Positions 39,361 to 49,904 of a DNA stretch of 64,000 nt are shown here, piece by piece. The DNA is taken from NCBI GenBank assembly GCA_041854605.1, contig JBHACP010000014.1, forward strand, positions 12,845 through 76,844, given 5' to 3'. This stretch comes from Actinobacillus sp. (GTDB lineage: Bacteria; Pseudomonadota; Gammaproteobacteria; Enterobacterales; Pasteurellaceae). The translations under genes and the position numbers were made by a program. Numbering within the stretch: position 1 is the first letter of the stretch; every line of letters begins with the position of its first letter. The notes beneath the pieces are model-generated. The model saw nothing but the letters and a program-made list of their open reading frames with translations. It made no database searches and had not been told where the DNA came from.

Positions 39361-40284
39361 TTATTTATATTTCTTGTTCTCAATCGCAATGGGACTATCG
39401 CCTGAAATGTGAATATCCATTTGGTTATATGGAATAGCAATGCCCGCACGGTCAAATTCTAATTTCACACTTTCGGTAATGCCCCAGTAAACAGTCCAGT
39501 AATCTGCTGTTCTTACCCAAGGGCGCACCACTAGTTGTACGCTATTTGCTGCTAAAGCACCTACAGCAATGATTGGCAATGGATCTTTCAATACTAATGG
39601 GGTATTGGCAAGAATTGCCGCTACAATCTCTTTGGCATCTTTTATATTGGATTCGTAAGAAATATCAAAAGTAAAGTCGATGCGACGAATGTCATTATCT
39701 GAATAGTTTACAATGCTATCAGAGAATACTTTGCCGTTTGGAATCAAGACTGTTTTGTTGTCACCTGTGCGAAGTTCTAACACTAATAATCCCATTTCTT
39801 CAACCACACCAGTCATACCCGCTGTTTCAATTAAATCTCCTTTGCGGAATGGTTTGAAAATCAGCAACATTACACCTGCGGCAAAGTTTTGTAACGAGTT
39901 TTGTAGTGATAAACCAATTGCTAAACCAGCGGCACCGATTAACGCTACCAGAGAACTAGTATTAATACCTAATTGTGAAAGTGAAGCAATCACCACGATC
40001 AATAACAGTAAGAAATAGCTGATTGAACGTACGAAACTTTGCAACATTTCGTCTTTCGTGGAAGCTAGGGCAGCTTTGCCAAGGAGTTTACTAATTCCTC
40101 TAGCGAGCCATTTACCCACGACAAAAATCACGATAGCTAATAATGCTTTGGTGCCGTATGGAATGATCCAATCATTTAGCAGTGTATCCATATTCATTGT
40201 GCTGACTTTATCGATCACTTTGCTAGTTTCTGCTACCACATCGATATTTTCAGCTACTTTTTCGGCAGTTTTTTCTGCTGACAT
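39361..40284 (-). CDS. Small-conductance mechanosensitive channel (MscS family)
   Basis: Three transmembrane segments followed by the conserved MscS core (LAIGLSLQNSLQNFAAGVMLLIFKPFRKGDLIE). The ATG at 40284 follows GAGGGA. Confidence 0.88.
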   Translation of the reverse strand: MSAEKTAEKVAENIDVVAETSKVIDKVSTMNMDTLLNDWIIPYGTKALLAIVIFVVGKWLARGISKLLGKAALASTKDEMLQSFVRSISYFLLLLIVVIASLSQLGINTSSLVALIGAAGLAIGLSLQNSLQNFAAGVMLLIFKPFRKGDLIETAGMTGVVEEMGLLVLELRTGDNKTVLIPNGKVFSDSIVNYSDNDIRRIDFTFDISYESNIKDAKEIVAAILANTPLVLKDPLPIIAVGALAANSVQLVVRPWVRTADYWTVYWGITESVKLEFDRAGIAIPYNQMDIHISGDSPIAIENKKYK

Positions 40285-40377
40285 AATTTTCCCTCTCAAT
40301 TGAAAAATATCTCAAGCAAACGCTTGAGGTTTTTTGTGTTAAAATCCAAGAAGTTTGTTTTCTTGAATGACAGAATA

Positions 40378-41340
40378 ATGATAACAGAAAAAGTAATTAG
40401 TGCCAGTGTGCAATTTTTTACCATCTCTGACGATGAGGCTGGGCAGCGACTAGATAATTTCCTTCTTGCCCGTCTCAAAGGTGTGCCGAAAAGTCTGATT
40501 TACCGCATAGTGCGTAAAGGTGAGGTGCGTGTAAATAAAGGACGAATTAAGCCTGAATATAAATTGCAAGATGGTGATGTGGTGCGCGTGCCACCTGTGC
40601 GAGTAGCAGAAAAAAATGAGCCACAGATTTCCACCAAACTCAACAAAGTAGCGGCGTTGGAAAAGCAAATTTTGTATGAAGATGAAGTTATACTGATTGT
40701 AAATAAGCCCTCAGGCATTGCGGTACACGGTGGTAGTGGCTTGAGTTTTGGTGTGATTGAAGCCTTGCGTGCCTTGCGTCCACAAGCTCGCTTTTTAGAA
40801 TTAGTGCATCGTATCGACCGTGATACTTCGGGCATTTTGTTGGTGGCAAAAAAGCGTTCGGCACTGCGTTCTCTGCACGAGCAACTGCGTGAAAAAGTGG
40901 TGCAGAAGGACTATTTAGCTTTAGTGCGTGGGCAATGGCAATCGCACGTCAAAGTGATTAAAGCCCCCCTGTTGAAAAATGAACTGGCTAGCGGTGAGCG
41001 TATCGTGAAAGTGAGTGAAGAGGGTAAACCCTCGGAAACTCGTTTCCGCATTGAAGAGCGTTTTGAACAGGCAACCTTGGTTAAGGCTTCGCCTGTAACG
41101 GGCAGAACCCATCAAATTCGTGTACACGCTCAATATGCGGGACACCCAATCGCTTGTGACGATAAATATGGCGAAACGGAATTTGATGCCAAAATGAAAG
41201 CCTTTGGGCTAAATCGCTTGTTCTTGCACGCCTATTCGATTCGCTTTGAGCACCCCAAAACAGGTGAAGAAATAATGGTGACTGCACCGCTGGATAAAGA
41301 GATGAAGGCAGTGTTGGCGAAATTGAGAGAGATAAATTAA
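40378..41340 (+). CDS. rluC: 23S rRNA pseudouridine synthase RluC
   Basis: DEAGQRLDNFLLARLKGVPKSLIYRIVRKGEVRVNKGRIKPEYKL...HRIDRDTSGILLVAKKRSALRSLHEQLREK is colinear with E. coli RluC. The ORF-track start at 40300 is an extension. Confidence 0.92.
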   Translation: MITEKVISASVQFFTISDDEAGQRLDNFLLARLKGVPKSLIYRIVRKGEVRVNKGRIKPEYKLQDGDVVRVPPVRVAEKNEPQISTKLNKVAALEKQILYEDEVILIVNKPSGIAVHGGSGLSFGVIEALRALRPQARFLELVHRIDRDTSGILLVAKKRSALRSLHEQLREKVVQKDYLALVRGQWQSHVKVIKAPLLKNELASGERIVKVSEEGKPSETRFRIEERFEQATLVKASPVTGRTHQIRVHAQYAGHPIACDDKYGETEFDAKMKAFGLNRLFLHAYSIRFEHPKTGEEIMVTAPLDKEMKAVLAKLREIN

Positions 41341-41401
41341 CCCCACGTTTCCTTCTATGCTAAAGATGGGCAGAAGAAGATTTAAAATTCAGGAGAATAA
41401 A

Positions 41402-42064
41402 ATGAGCAAATACAAAATTATCGGTTTTGACCTTGACGGCACGCTCGTCAATACTTTGCCAGACTTAACCTTAGTGGTAAACTCAATGTTTCTCGAACAC
41501 GGTTTGCCAACCACCACGCAAGAAAAAGTGCTTTCGTGGATCGGCAAAGGGGCGGATATTTTCTTCCAAAATGCGATTGCCTACACAGGCAAAATCTTTG
41601 ACGCAGCCACGCTGACAAAAATGCGTATGAGTTTTGACCACTATTATGCCACTTACGTATGTGAAGAAAGTGTGCTTTATCCGAATGTGAAAAGCACACT
41701 CGAAGCACTCAAAGCCCAAGGTTTCACCTTGGTGGTGATTACCAACAAGCCGACTAAATTAGTGGAACCTGTCCTTACCGCTTTTGGGATTTTTGATTTA
41801 TTTAGCGATTATTTAGGCGGTCAATCGTTGCCGAAAATCAAGCCCTTCCCCGATCCAATGTTACATATCTGCGAAAAATATGGCATTCAGCCAAGCGAAA
41901 TGCTGTTCGTTGGCGACTCTGAAAATGACGTGATTGCTGCCAAGGCTGCAGGTTGTGATGTGGTGGGGCTCACTTATGGCTATAACTATAATGTGCCGAT
42001 TGCTGATTCCGCGCCAACCTTTGTGGCAGAGGATTTCGCCGAAGTTTTGGATATTGTTGGTTAG
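41402..42064 (+). CDS. gph: Phosphoglycolate phosphatase
   Basis: HAD motifs FDLDGTLVNTLPDL, VITNKPT, VGDSENDVIAAKAAG. Typical Gph length. The ATG at 41402 follows AGGAGAA. Confidence 0.85.
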   Translation: MSKYKIIGFDLDGTLVNTLPDLTLVVNSMFLEHGLPTTTQEKVLSWIGKGADIFFQNAIAYTGKIFDAATLTKMRMSFDHYYATYVCEESVLYPNVKSTLEALKAQGFTLVVITNKPTKLVEPVLTAFGIFDLFSDYLGGQSLPKIKPFPDPMLHICEKYGIQPSEMLFVGDSENDVIAAKAAGCDVVGLTYGYNYNVPIADSAPTFVAEDFAEVLDIVG

Positions 42065-42073
42065 CTCTAAAAA

Positions 42074-42099
42074 ACGCACGATTTTTCGTGCGTTTTTTT
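42074..42099 (+). terminator. Intrinsic terminator after gph
   Basis: ACGCACG-ATTTTT-CGTGCGT followed by a T-run. Confidence 0.8.
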
Positions 42100-42168
42100 C
42101 TGCGCTAATGATAAAAATGGGGCTACAAGCGGTATAATTTCCATAGAATTTTGCAAATTGAGGCGTTT

Positions 42169-44049
42169 ATGGATCCCTTTCTCTTTTTTTTCTCTTCTTA
42201 CTTACCTAACGTAATGAATAATCCGCTCTTTTGGGTCTTGACATTATTGTCTGCCGCTATCGTCTTATTTATTCAAAATAAACTACGAATGGACGTAATT
42301 GCGCTGTTGGTAATGTTGGGTTTTGGTCTTAGTGGTATTTTAACGCCTAGCGAAATTTTTGCTGGGTTTAGCGATCCGAATATCATTTTGCTTGCGTTAC
42401 TTTATATTGTAGGGGAATCGCTTGCTCGTACGGGAGTGGCTTATCAACTGAGTGATTGGCTGATGCGGGTGGCAGGGTCTAGCGAGACTAAAGTATTGGT
42501 GTTACTGATGTTATCTATTGGCACACTGGGTGCTTTTATGAGCTCAACAGGCATTGTGGCGATTTTTATTCCCGTGGTATTGGCAATTTGTGCGGGAATG
42601 AATATTTCGCCCCGCCGTTTGATGATGCCACTTTCTATCGCGGGTTTGATTAGCGGAATGATGACTTTAATTGCTACCGCCCCTAACCTTGTGACCCATT
42701 CGGAACTCATTAAGGCAGGTTATGAGGGATTTCAATTTTTTAGCTTCACACCTGTTGGTGTGGTGATTTTGCTACTGGGCATTGGCTATATGCTGATCGC
42801 TCGCCATTGGTTAGATGATGGCAGTGAAATAGCACAAAATAATAGCAATGAAGATTCAATGGCGCAGCTGATTGAGGAATACAATCTGAAAGGGCGTGCC
42901 AAAATGGTGATTTTGGACGAAGGTTCTTCTCTTGTTGGTAAAACGATCGATGAATTAAAACTTCGCTCAGCCTACAAGCTGAATATCATTGCGATTCAGC
43001 GTTATAAGAATTTCCGGCGTATTACGATGGCGGCATTTGGCAATGATCAACTCCAAAATAAAGATATTCTACTCATGGATATAGGTGTGGACGAAGAGCG
43101 TTTTACTGAGCTATGCGCGGAATTTAAGCTGCAAAGTGTGGAATTGAAAGGCGAGTATTTTTCAACTCAATCCAAATCGGTGGGAATGGCGGAACTAGCC
43201 TTGATTCCTGAAACAGAAACAATTGGGATGACTATTGCGGACTTGCATTTTCGCTCAAGTTTTGGGGTGAGTGTAATTGGCATTAAACGTGAAAAGCAGA
43301 TTCTACAAAATGATTTATTGGCTGAAATTTTGAAACCAGGTGATATTTTACTGGTGATGGGCGTTTGGGCAAAAATTTCCACTTTGATTCAAGAGCGAAA
43401 AGATTTCTTTCTACTTGGGTTACCGAAAGAGAGTAAACAGGCGGTTCCAGCTGCTAGCCAAGCTCCACACGCTTTGTTTGCGGTAGTGTTGATGGTGTTG
43501 CTGATGGTGGCAGGTGTTGTACCGAATGTGATTGCGGCTTTGATTTGCGTGATCTTATTGATGAAGTTTCGTTGTATTGACGCACAATCTGCCTATAATT
43601 CCATTCACTTTCCTAGCTTGGTGCTGATTGTTGGGATGATGCCCTTTTCCACTGCAATGCAAAAAACAGGTGGTGTAGCTCTGATGGTGGAGAAATTTAT
43701 TGCGATTACAGGTGGGGTGGAAACTAATACTTTTTTTATTTTGGCTGGGTTATTTGCACTCACGGCGCTCATCGGTCTATTTATTTCTAATACCGCTACT
43801 GCGATTTTAATGGCTCCCATTGCGATTGAAGTCGCCCGTCAGTTAGGCTATTCGCCGATTGCCTTAGTAATGACGATTACAATTGCCTCTTCGGCGGCTT
43901 TTATGACCCCGATTTCTTCGCCTGTGAATACAATGGTGATTGGTCCTGCAGGTTATCGATTTATGGATTTCGTCAAAGTAGGTGTGCCGTTTACCATTAT
44001 CGTGATGTTCGCCACGGTGTTGCTAGTGCCGATTCTATTTCCATTGTAA
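42169..44049 (+). CDS. DASS/SLC13-type anion transporter with two central TrkA-C (RCK_C) domains (YfbS-like)
   Basis: About 626 aa. Two multi-transmembrane halves flank a soluble region with duplicated RCK_C-like segments (VILDEGSSLVGKTIDELKLRS..., ALIPETETIGMTIADLHFRSSFG...). The start is taken as the ATG at 42169 after GAGG. Confidence 0.75.
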   Translation: MDPFLFFFSSYLPNVMNNPLFWVLTLLSAAIVLFIQNKLRMDVIALLVMLGFGLSGILTPSEIFAGFSDPNIILLALLYIVGESLARTGVAYQLSDWLMRVAGSSETKVLVLLMLSIGTLGAFMSSTGIVAIFIPVVLAICAGMNISPRRLMMPLSIAGLISGMMTLIATAPNLVTHSELIKAGYEGFQFFSFTPVGVVILLLGIGYMLIARHWLDDGSEIAQNNSNEDSMAQLIEEYNLKGRAKMVILDEGSSLVGKTIDELKLRSAYKLNIIAIQRYKNFRRITMAAFGNDQLQNKDILLMDIGVDEERFTELCAEFKLQSVELKGEYFSTQSKSVGMAELALIPETETIGMTIADLHFRSSFGVSVIGIKREKQILQNDLLAEILKPGDILLVMGVWAKISTLIQERKDFFLLGLPKESKQAVPAASQAPHALFAVVLMVLLMVAGVVPNVIAALICVILLMKFRCIDAQSAYNSIHFPSLVLIVGMMPFSTAMQKTGGVALMVEKFIAITGGVETNTFFILAGLFALTALIGLFISNTATAILMAPIAIEVARQLGYSPIALVMTITIASSAAFMTPISSPVNTMVIGPAGYRFMDFVKVGVPFTIIVMFATVLLVPILFPL

Positions 44050-44236
44050 GCGGTTAAATTTTCATAAAAATTTGCAAATTATAAGTCTTCAAAACCATTT
44101 TGAAGACTTTTTTATGATGTGGATCACAAAATTGTAAAAAAGCGATAGCCGAAAAGCGATCTTAAGAGTACCATTAATCTACCTCAAAAGAATTATTTTT
44201 TAATTCTCAATAATAAACCTCAAATGGAGTGAATTT

Positions 44237-45631
44237 ATGGAATTCCGTATCGAAAAAGACACAATGGGCGAAGTTCAAGTACCTGCGAATCGTTATTGGG
44301 CAGCGCAAACTGAGCGTTCACGTAACAATTTTAAAATCGGTCCTGAAGCTTCAATGCCAAAAGAAATTATTGAAGCATTTGGCTATTTGAAAAAAGCAGC
44401 TGCCTTTGCCAATACAGATTTAGGAGTTTTAACCGCTGAAAAACGTGACTTAATCGCACAAGCTTGTGATGAAATCTTAGCGGGTAAATTAGATGAAGAA
44501 TTCCCACTAGTGATTTGGCAAACAGGCTCAGGCACGCAATCAAATATGAATTTAAACGAAGTAATTGCTAATCGTGCCCACGTGTTAAACGGTGGTAAAT
44601 TAGGCGAAAAATCCATTATTCACCCGAACGATGATGTAAACAAATCACAATCATCCAACGATACTTATCCAACCGCAATGCACATTGCGGCATACAAAAA
44701 AGTGGTAGAAGCTACGATTCCAGCCGTTGAACGTTTGCAAAAAACTTTTGCCGCTAAGTCTGAAGCCTTTAAAGATGTGGTAAAAATTGGTCGCACCCAC
44801 TTAATGGACGCAACACCACTTACATTAGGGCAAGAATTTTCGGCATATGCTGCGCAATTACACTTCGGTTTAATCGCCTTAAAAAATACCTTACCTCATT
44901 TACGCCAAATGGCATTAGGTGGCACAGCGGTTGGCACGGGGTTAAATACACCGAAAGGTTATGATGTGAAGGTGGCAGAATATATTGCCAAATTTACAGG
45001 CTTACCGTTCATTACCGCCGAAAACAAATTTGAAGCATTAGCTACTCACGATGCAATTGTTGAAACCCACGGTGCATTAAAACAAATTGCGATGTCATTA
45101 TTTAAAATTGCTAACGACATTCGCTTATTAGCCTCTGGCCCACGTTCTGGTATTGGCGAAATTTTGATTCCTGAAAATGAACCTGGTTCATCCATTATGC
45201 CTGGTAAAGTGAATCCAACACAATGTGAAGCAATCACTATGGTGGCAGCGCAAGTGTTAGGTAATGACACCACCATTTCATTCGCAGGTTCACAAGGTCA
45301 CTTCCAATTGAATGTGTTTAAACCAGTAATGGCAGCGAATTTCTTACAATCGGCGCAGCTTTTAGCCGATGCTTGCATTTCGTTTGATGAACATTGCGCA
45401 GTAGGTATTGAGCCGAACTATCCACGCATTAAGCAACAATTAGATAACTCACTCATGTTGGTAACTGCGCTAAATACGCACATTGGTTATGAAAAAGCTG
45501 CAAAAATTGCAAAAACTGCACACAAAAATGGTACAACCTTAAAAGAAGAAGCGATTAACCTTGGCTTAGTATCAGCGGAAGACTTCGACAAATGGGTTCG
45601 TCCAGAAGATATGGTAGGCAGCCTAAAATGA
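44237..45631 (+). CDS. fumC: Class II fumarate hydratase
   Basis: [28 protein letters not shown], and the signature [16 protein letters not shown]. Confidence 0.96.
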   Translation: MEFRIEKDTMGEVQVPANRYWAAQTERSRNNFKIGPEASMPKEIIEAFGYLKKAAAFANTDLGVLTAEKRDLIAQACDEILAGKLDEEFPLVIWQTGSGTQSNMNLNEVIANRAHVLNGGKLGEKSIIHPNDDVNKSQSSNDTYPTAMHIAAYKKVVEATIPAVERLQKTFAAKSEAFKDVVKIGRTHLMDATPLTLGQEFSAYAAQLHFGLIALKNTLPHLRQMALGGTAVGTGLNTPKGYDVKVAEYIAKFTGLPFITAENKFEALATHDAIVETHGALKQIAMSLFKIANDIRLLASGPRSGIGEILIPENEPGSSIMPGKVNPTQCEAITMVAAQVLGNDTTISFAGSQGHFQLNVFKPVMAANFLQSAQLLADACISFDEHCAVGIEPNYPRIKQQLDNSLMLVTALNTHIGYEKAAKIAKTAHKNGTTLKEEAINLGLVSAEDFDKWVRPEDMVGSLK

Positions 45632-45650
45632 ATGTGTTAATTTAGGTATA

Positions 45651-45676
45651 AAACCGACCAATTGGTCGGTTTTTTC
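45651..45676 (+). terminator. Intrinsic terminator after fumC
   Basis: AAACCGACC-AATT-GGTCGGTTT followed by a T-run. Confidence 0.85.
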
Positions 45677-45782
45677 TTACCAAAATTTTTCATAAAGAGC
45701 GTGAAATCAAATGGATAAAGTGCTAGAATCTATCGCTTAAAAAATTAGACGTCTATTTTTCTATACAAATTTTAGGTTTTAT

Positions 45783-46190
45783 ATGGCTACTGAAAACAAA
45801 AAAAATACTCCCGAGCAAATTGAAAATAAAGGAGTAAAAAGCAAGGGTGTAAATACAGCATTATGGATTGTGGCGATTGTACTTTTAGCTGTAGCTGCAG
45901 TGGGTAACACTTATTTTGCATCGGAATTTACTTTCGTTGTGCGTGTGTTATCAATGGTGGCATTAGTGCTTGCTGCAGTTGTTTTTGCTGCAATTACTAA
46001 CCAAGGTCAAAAAGCGATTGCCTTTGCTAAAGATTCTCGCACCGAGTTGCGTAAAATTATTTGGCCAACTCGCCCAGAGGCAACACAAACTACGTTTATC
46101 GTACTCGCTATGTGCGTAGTGGTGTCACTAGTGTTATGGGGCATTGATACCGTTATCGTTTCATTGATCACATTTTTAACTAATCTATAA
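45783..46190 (+). CDS. secE: Preprotein translocase subunit SecE
   Basis: 135 aa with three transmembrane segments and the conserved KIIWPTRPEATQTT motif. Directly upstream of nusG. Confidence 0.92.
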   Translation: MATENKKNTPEQIENKGVKSKGVNTALWIVAIVLLAVAAVGNTYFASEFTFVVRVLSMVALVLAAVVFAAITNQGQKAIAFAKDSRTELRKIIWPTRPEATQTTFIVLAMCVVVSLVLWGIDTVIVSLITFLTNL

Positions 46191-46202
46191 TAAGGCATTA
46201 AG

Positions 46203-46760
46203 ATGAGCGAAGTAGAAACAGCAAAAAAACGTTGGTATGTGTTACAGGCTTTCTCTGGTTTTGAAAACCGAGTGGCGGTAACTTTGCGTGAATACATCAA
46301 ACTTCATAATATGGAAGATTCCTTTGGTGAAGTATTAGTGCCAACGGAAGAAATCGTTGAAAATGTAGGCGGAAAACGCCGTAAAACTGAGCGTAAATTT
46401 TTCCCTGGTTACGTATTAGTTGAAATGGAAATGAACGATTACACTTGGCAGCTGGTACGCAGCGTGCCTCGTGTAATGGGCTTTATTGGCGGAACCGCAG
46501 ATAAACCAGCACCAATTTCTAAGAAAGAGGCAGACCGTATTCTAAACCGTGTTCAAGAAAATGCTGAGAAACCTCGCCATCGTTATGAATACCACCCAGG
46601 TGAAGAGGTTCGTGTGACGGAAGGTCCATTTGCTGACTTTAACGGCACAGTAGAAGAAGTGGATTACGAAAAAGGTAAAGTAAAAGTATCTGTTTCTATT
46701 TTTGGTCGAGCAACACCTGTGGAATTAGATTTCGGACAAGTAGAGAAAGCATTAGCTTAA
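46203..46760 (+). CDS. nusG: Transcription termination/antitermination factor NusG
   Basis: [16 protein letters not shown]...[11 protein letters not shown]...C-terminal KOW ([43 protein letters not shown]). Confidence 0.96.
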   Translation: MSEVETAKKRWYVLQAFSGFENRVAVTLREYIKLHNMEDSFGEVLVPTEEIVENVGGKRRKTERKFFPGYVLVEMEMNDYTWQLVRSVPRVMGFIGGTADKPAPISKKEADRILNRVQENAEKPRHRYEYHPGEEVRVTEGPFADFNGTVEEVDYEKGKVKVSVSIFGRATPVELDFGQVEKALA

Positions 46761-46776
46761 TATCTAATAAAGATAA

Positions 46777-46838
46777 AAGTGCTAGTAAAAAGTAGAGTAG
46801 GGTTTTAACTCACTTTTTACTAGCACTTTTGTTTTTTT
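46777..46838 (+). terminator. Long-stem intrinsic terminator after nusG
   Basis: AAGTGCTAGTAAAAAGT...ACTTTTTACTAGCACTT (17-bp arms) followed by TTTGTTTTTTT. Confidence 0.8.
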
Positions 46839-46856
46839 ATCCCTTTTATTTTAGAG

Positions 46857-46880
46857 ATAAAAAAAGCACCTTATGGTGCT
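46857..46880 (-). terminator. Intrinsic terminator of the tRNA-Leu/tRNA-Gly transcript
   Basis: The minus strand reads AGCACC-ATAA-GGTGCT followed by TTTTTTT. Confidence 0.75.
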
Positions 46881-46890
46881 ATCTTCAAAA

Positions 46891-46966
<76 letters not shown>

Positions 46967-46987
46967 ATATTTACTATTTTTCTAAAA

Positions 46988-47074
46988 TGGTGCCCGAGGC
47001 CAGACTTGAACTGGCACGCCCCGAAAGGCGAGGGATTTTAAATCCCTTGCGTCTACCGATTCCGCCACTCGGGC
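46988..47074 (-). tRNA. tRNA-Leu (anticodon UAA)
   Basis: The reverse complement is GCCCGAGTGGCGGAATCGGTAGACGCAAGGGATTTAAAATCCCTCGCCTTTCGGGGCGTGCCAGTTCAAGTCTGGCCTCGGGCACCA. It has a long variable arm and the anticodon loop is TTTAAAA. Confidence 0.95.
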
Positions 47075-47114
47075 ATTTTAGACTTGTTAATTTAGCAACG
47101 AACTAATGGGGGGC

Positions 47115-47142
47115 ATTATAAGGATTTATAAGGTTGGGTCAA
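47115..47142 (-). promoter_or_regulatory. Sigma-70 promoter of the tRNA-Leu/Gly operon
   Basis: The minus strand reads TTGACC-16 nt-TATAAT followed by the GC-rich discriminator GCCCCCC, a typical stable-RNA promoter. It lies about 35 nt upstream of tRNA-Leu. Confidence 0.65.
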
Positions 47143-47264
47143 GTATTTTTTTATAATTAGGTGAAGTGTTGAGGAAAAGAAATTTTGAGTTATTTCTTGA
47201 CCTTATTTTTAATCCTTGCTTTAATGCACTACTGTTTTCCGTTGTTATAAAAAAGAGGCATATT

Positions 47265-47597
47265 ATGGCAGAAAGTTTTAGTGTAACCCGTCGTTTTTTT
47301 GATGATAAAAATTATCCACGTGGTTTTTCTCGTCACGGTGATTATACTATCCGTGAATCACAAACCTTGGAGCAATTTGGTCAAGCCTGTTTAGCTCTAG
47401 AAACTGGTGAGCGCAAACCTAAAACTGAAGAAGAAAAACGTTTTGTTGCCGTAATGCAAGGGGCTGAAATCGCGGAAAGTGTGATTGAAAAAGCATGGCT
47501 AAAATATCGTTCATTAACGAATACATCAAAACGTATTTATACTTTGTCTGCCAATGCAGGTAGTGACATCGGTGACGATTTTTCAGCAGCCGAATAA
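47265..47597 (+). CDS. maoP: Macrodomain Ori protein MaoP (YifE/DUF413)
   Basis: [37 protein letters not shown] parallels E. coli YifE ([36 protein letters not shown]). The ORF-track start at 47166 is an extension. Confidence 0.88.
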   Translation: [110 protein letters not shown]

Positions 47598-47600
47598 TTA

Positions 47601-47643
47601 AAATCTCTCCAAACCCCTCTTTACCAAAGAGGGGCTTTTTTTA
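47601..47643 (+). terminator. Terminator after maoP, built from one copy of the CCCCTCTTT..AAAGAGGGG repeat unit
   Basis: AAATCTCTCCAAACCCCTCTTTACCAAAGAGGGGC is followed by TTTTTTTT. It is the same unit as the two copies in the rpoB-rpoC spacer. Confidence 0.8.
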
Positions 47644-47657
47644 ATTCATTTGATATT

Positions 47658-48764
47658 ATGACTTTACCCATCGATCAATATCCTGAACTTCTTGCAAAAA
47701 AAGTGGAAAATCTGACCGCTTTACTTTCCCCCTTTAACCTCCCTCAATTAGAGATTTTTGGCTCTGAGCCTATCCACTTTCGTATGCGTGCCGAATTTCG
47801 TGTATGGCACGATACCAATGAGCAAGGCGAGAGCGAGCTGTACTATATAATGTTTGATCAAGAAACTAAGCAACGTTATCGTGTGAATAGTTTTCCGATT
47901 GCCAGCAAACTAATTAACCAAATAATGGTGGTACTTTTAGCTGAAATTAAAGGTAATGAGTTACTGACTCGTAAGCTGTTCCAAGTAGATTATTTAAGCA
48001 CGCTAAGCGGCGAAATTGCCGTTTCGTTGCTCTATCACAAAAAACTCAACGAAGAATGGATTGTACAAGCGAAGGCGTTAAAATCCCGTTTAATGCAACA
48101 AGGCTTTAAGGTGCAACTTATTGGGCGTGCGGCTAAACAGAAAATCGCATTAGATGGTGATTATGTGGAAGAGGTGTTGCCTGTGAATGGTAAAAATCTG
48201 ATCTATCGCCAAGTAGAAAACAGCTTCACACAGCCAAATGCGGGAATGAACATCAAAATGTTGGAATGGGCGAGAAGTTGCACAAAAAATAGTAGTGGCG
48301 ATTTGCTGGAGTTATATTGCGGTAATGGCAATTTCTCCGTTGCTTTGGCAGAGAATTTCCGCAAAGTTTTAGCGACGGAAATTTCAAAGTCGTCGGTGCA
48401 GTCAGCGCAATATAACATTGAACAAAATGGCATTGAGAATCTGCAGATTATTCGAATGTCGGCGGAAGAATTTGTCCAAGCGATGAATGGCGTGCGTGAA
48501 TTTAACCGTTTAAAAGGCATTGATCTAAAAGCGTATGATTGCAACACGATTTTTGTTGATCCTCCTCGTGCTGGTCTAGATCAAGATACGCTGAATATGG
48601 TGCAAGGCTACGATCGCATTTTATATATTTCCTGTAATCCTGTGACTTTGGCGGAAAATTTACAGCAATTAAGCCAAACCCATCGTATTGAGCGGGCGGC
48701 ATTATTCGATCAATTTCCTTATACCCATCACGTGGAAAGTGGTGTGTGGTTGATTAGGCGATAA
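47658..48764 (+). CDS. trmA: tRNA (uracil54-C5)-methyltransferase TrmA
   Basis: 368 aa. SAM methyltransferase motifs ([22 protein letters not shown]) and the catalytic-Cys region (LYISCNP). The size and N-terminus are TrmA-like. Confidence 0.88.
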   Translation: MTLPIDQYPELLAKKVENLTALLSPFNLPQLEIFGSEPIHFRMRAEFRVWHDTNEQGESELYYIMFDQETKQRYRVNSFPIASKLINQIMVVLLAEIKGNELLTRKLFQVDYLSTLSGEIAVSLLYHKKLNEEWIVQAKALKSRLMQQGFKVQLIGRAAKQKIALDGDYVEEVLPVNGKNLIYRQVENSFTQPNAGMNIKMLEWARSCTKNSSGDLLELYCGNGNFSVALAENFRKVLATEISKSSVQSAQYNIEQNGIENLQIIRMSAEEFVQAMNGVREFNRLKGIDLKAYDCNTIFVDPPRAGLDQDTLNMVQGYDRILYISCNPVTLAENLQQLSQTHRIERAALFDQFPYTHHVESGVWLIRR

Positions 48765-48812
48765 TACAAGCGGTTAAATTCTTGCCATTTTTTGCAAAAA
48801 TGAAATAATTGC

Positions 48813-48841
48813 TTGACGAGTAGCAGCAAAAAACGTATTAT
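48813..48841 (+). promoter_or_regulatory. Sigma-70 promoter of tRNA-Ser
   Basis: TTGACG-17 nt-TATTAT with a GC-rich discriminator (TTCGCCC). It ends 14 nt upstream of the tRNA 5-prime end. Confidence 0.6.
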
Positions 48842-48855
48842 TTCGCCCACTTAAC

Positions 48856-48945
48856 GGAAGAATGGCAGAGCGGTTGAATGCACCGGTCTTGAAAACCGGC
48901 GAGGGTGCGAGCCCTCCCTGAGTTCGAATCTCAGTTCTTCCGCCA
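48856..48945 (+). tRNA. tRNA-Ser (anticodon UGA)
   Basis: GGAAGAATGGCAGAGCGGTTGAATGCACCGGTCTTGAAAACCGGCGAGGGTGCGAGCCCTCCCTGAGTTCGAATCTCAGTTCTTCCGCCA. It is close to E. coli serT and has a long variable arm. Confidence 0.95.
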
Positions 48946-48952
48946 TTTTTTG

Positions 48953-48985
48953 ACCGTCTGTAATTTCCGTTACAGGCGGTTTTTT
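48953..48985 (+). terminator. Intrinsic terminator after tRNA-Ser
   Basis: ACCGTCTGTAA...TTACAGGCGGT followed by TTTTT. Confidence 0.75.
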
Positions 48986-49002
48986 ACTATGAGGACATCG
49001 GT

Positions 49003-49560
49003 GTGAAAAAAATTATTTTATTGGCATTGATTTTGTTGTCGGGTTGTTCATTTTTTAAAGAGCAAAAAAATGAAGCCTTCCCTGGTGAGTTTATTGGGGC
49101 TGATTATATTTTATCGGATGAGGATGCCAAATTATGGGTGGCAAAAAGTGAGCAAGCGGCTCAATGTATCTATCCAAATTTAACTAAAATTCAACGTGAG
49201 CACTTCAGCAAGGAAGATTCGTTTATTCATTCGCAATACGTTTTCTTTTATCCATTGGAGAAAATCATTGGTGAGCAATATGTGAAAATTTTGCAAGCTG
49301 ATGAGAAATCAATGGGTTATGCACAGTATCAGTTCAAGCGATTCAAAGAAACACCAGCTGATATAAAAGAATTAACTATTCCACAATGTGAAACTTTGCG
49401 TACTAATGCACGAGATGATTTAGCGGTAGTGAAAGGGCAATATAAAAGCGGAATGGTGGAAGAAGCTAAACCAGACACTAAAAAAACGGTTGGTGTAGCG
49501 AGCGACCAAAACAAATTCTTCTTTGATATTATCAAATGGGGATCGGCATTGTTGCTGTAA
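49003..49560 (+). CDS. Hypothetical lipoprotein
   Basis: GTG start 7 nt after GAGGA. Signal peptide [14 protein letters not shown] with a lipobox. I recognise no family. Confidence 0.65.
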   Translation: MKKIILLALILLSGCSFFKEQKNEAFPGEFIGADYILSDEDAKLWVAKSEQAAQCIYPNLTKIQREHFSKEDSFIHSQYVFFYPLEKIIGEQYVKILQADEKSMGYAQYQFKRFKETPADIKELTIPQCETLRTNARDDLAVVKGQYKSGMVEEAKPDTKKTVGVASDQNKFFFDIIKWGSALLL

Positions 49561-49578
49561 TCTTTTAAGTTAAAGGTT

Positions 49579-49608
49579 AGCCTCTTGCAAAATGTAAGAG
49601 GCTTTTTT
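49579..49608 (+). terminator. Intrinsic terminator after the lipoprotein gene
   Basis: AGCCTCTT...AAGAGGCT followed by TTTTTT. Confidence 0.8.
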
Positions 49609-49620
49609 AAGTTGATAACC

Positions 49621-49649
49621 TTGCTATAAATTAAACCGTTTGCTATAAT
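49621..49649 (+). promoter_or_regulatory. Candidate sigma-70 promoter for rpoBC
   Basis: TTGCTA-17 nt-TATAAT lies immediately after a strong terminator and about 255 nt upstream of the rpoB ATG. Confidence 0.5.
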
Positions 49650-49671
49650 TCCCCTCCATTTTGCATATGTG

Positions 49672-49700
49672 GCTGACGATAATTTCATCGCCAGCTTTTT
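49672..49700 (+). terminator. Terminator-like hairpin in the rpoB leader (possible attenuator)
   Basis: GCTGACGAT-AATTTC-ATCGCCAGC (8 of 9 bp paired) is followed by TTTTTGTGTTT. It lies between the candidate promoter and rpoB. Confidence 0.4.
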
Positions 49701-49904
49701 GTGTTTGAAAGCGATGTTGATTTTGTCATTTTAATCAGCAAAAAGTCGCAACATTTCTACCAAATCTGACCGCTTGCAGTAGTGATTTTTGACTCAAGTA
49801 GGGGATTGGAAAATGACACCTCGTACCCTTTTATAATGCCACTTCTACCTAGTTTTCAGGTGGATTGTGAATCTTCTTAACAAAAAAATCAGAGGCTATC
49901 TTTA

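Noticed and set aside
44100-44125. Possible CRP site upstream of fumC (TATGATGTGGATCACA)
   Set aside because: Only the right half-site is good. The left half deviates at two of five positions. This is too weak to annotate without supporting data.
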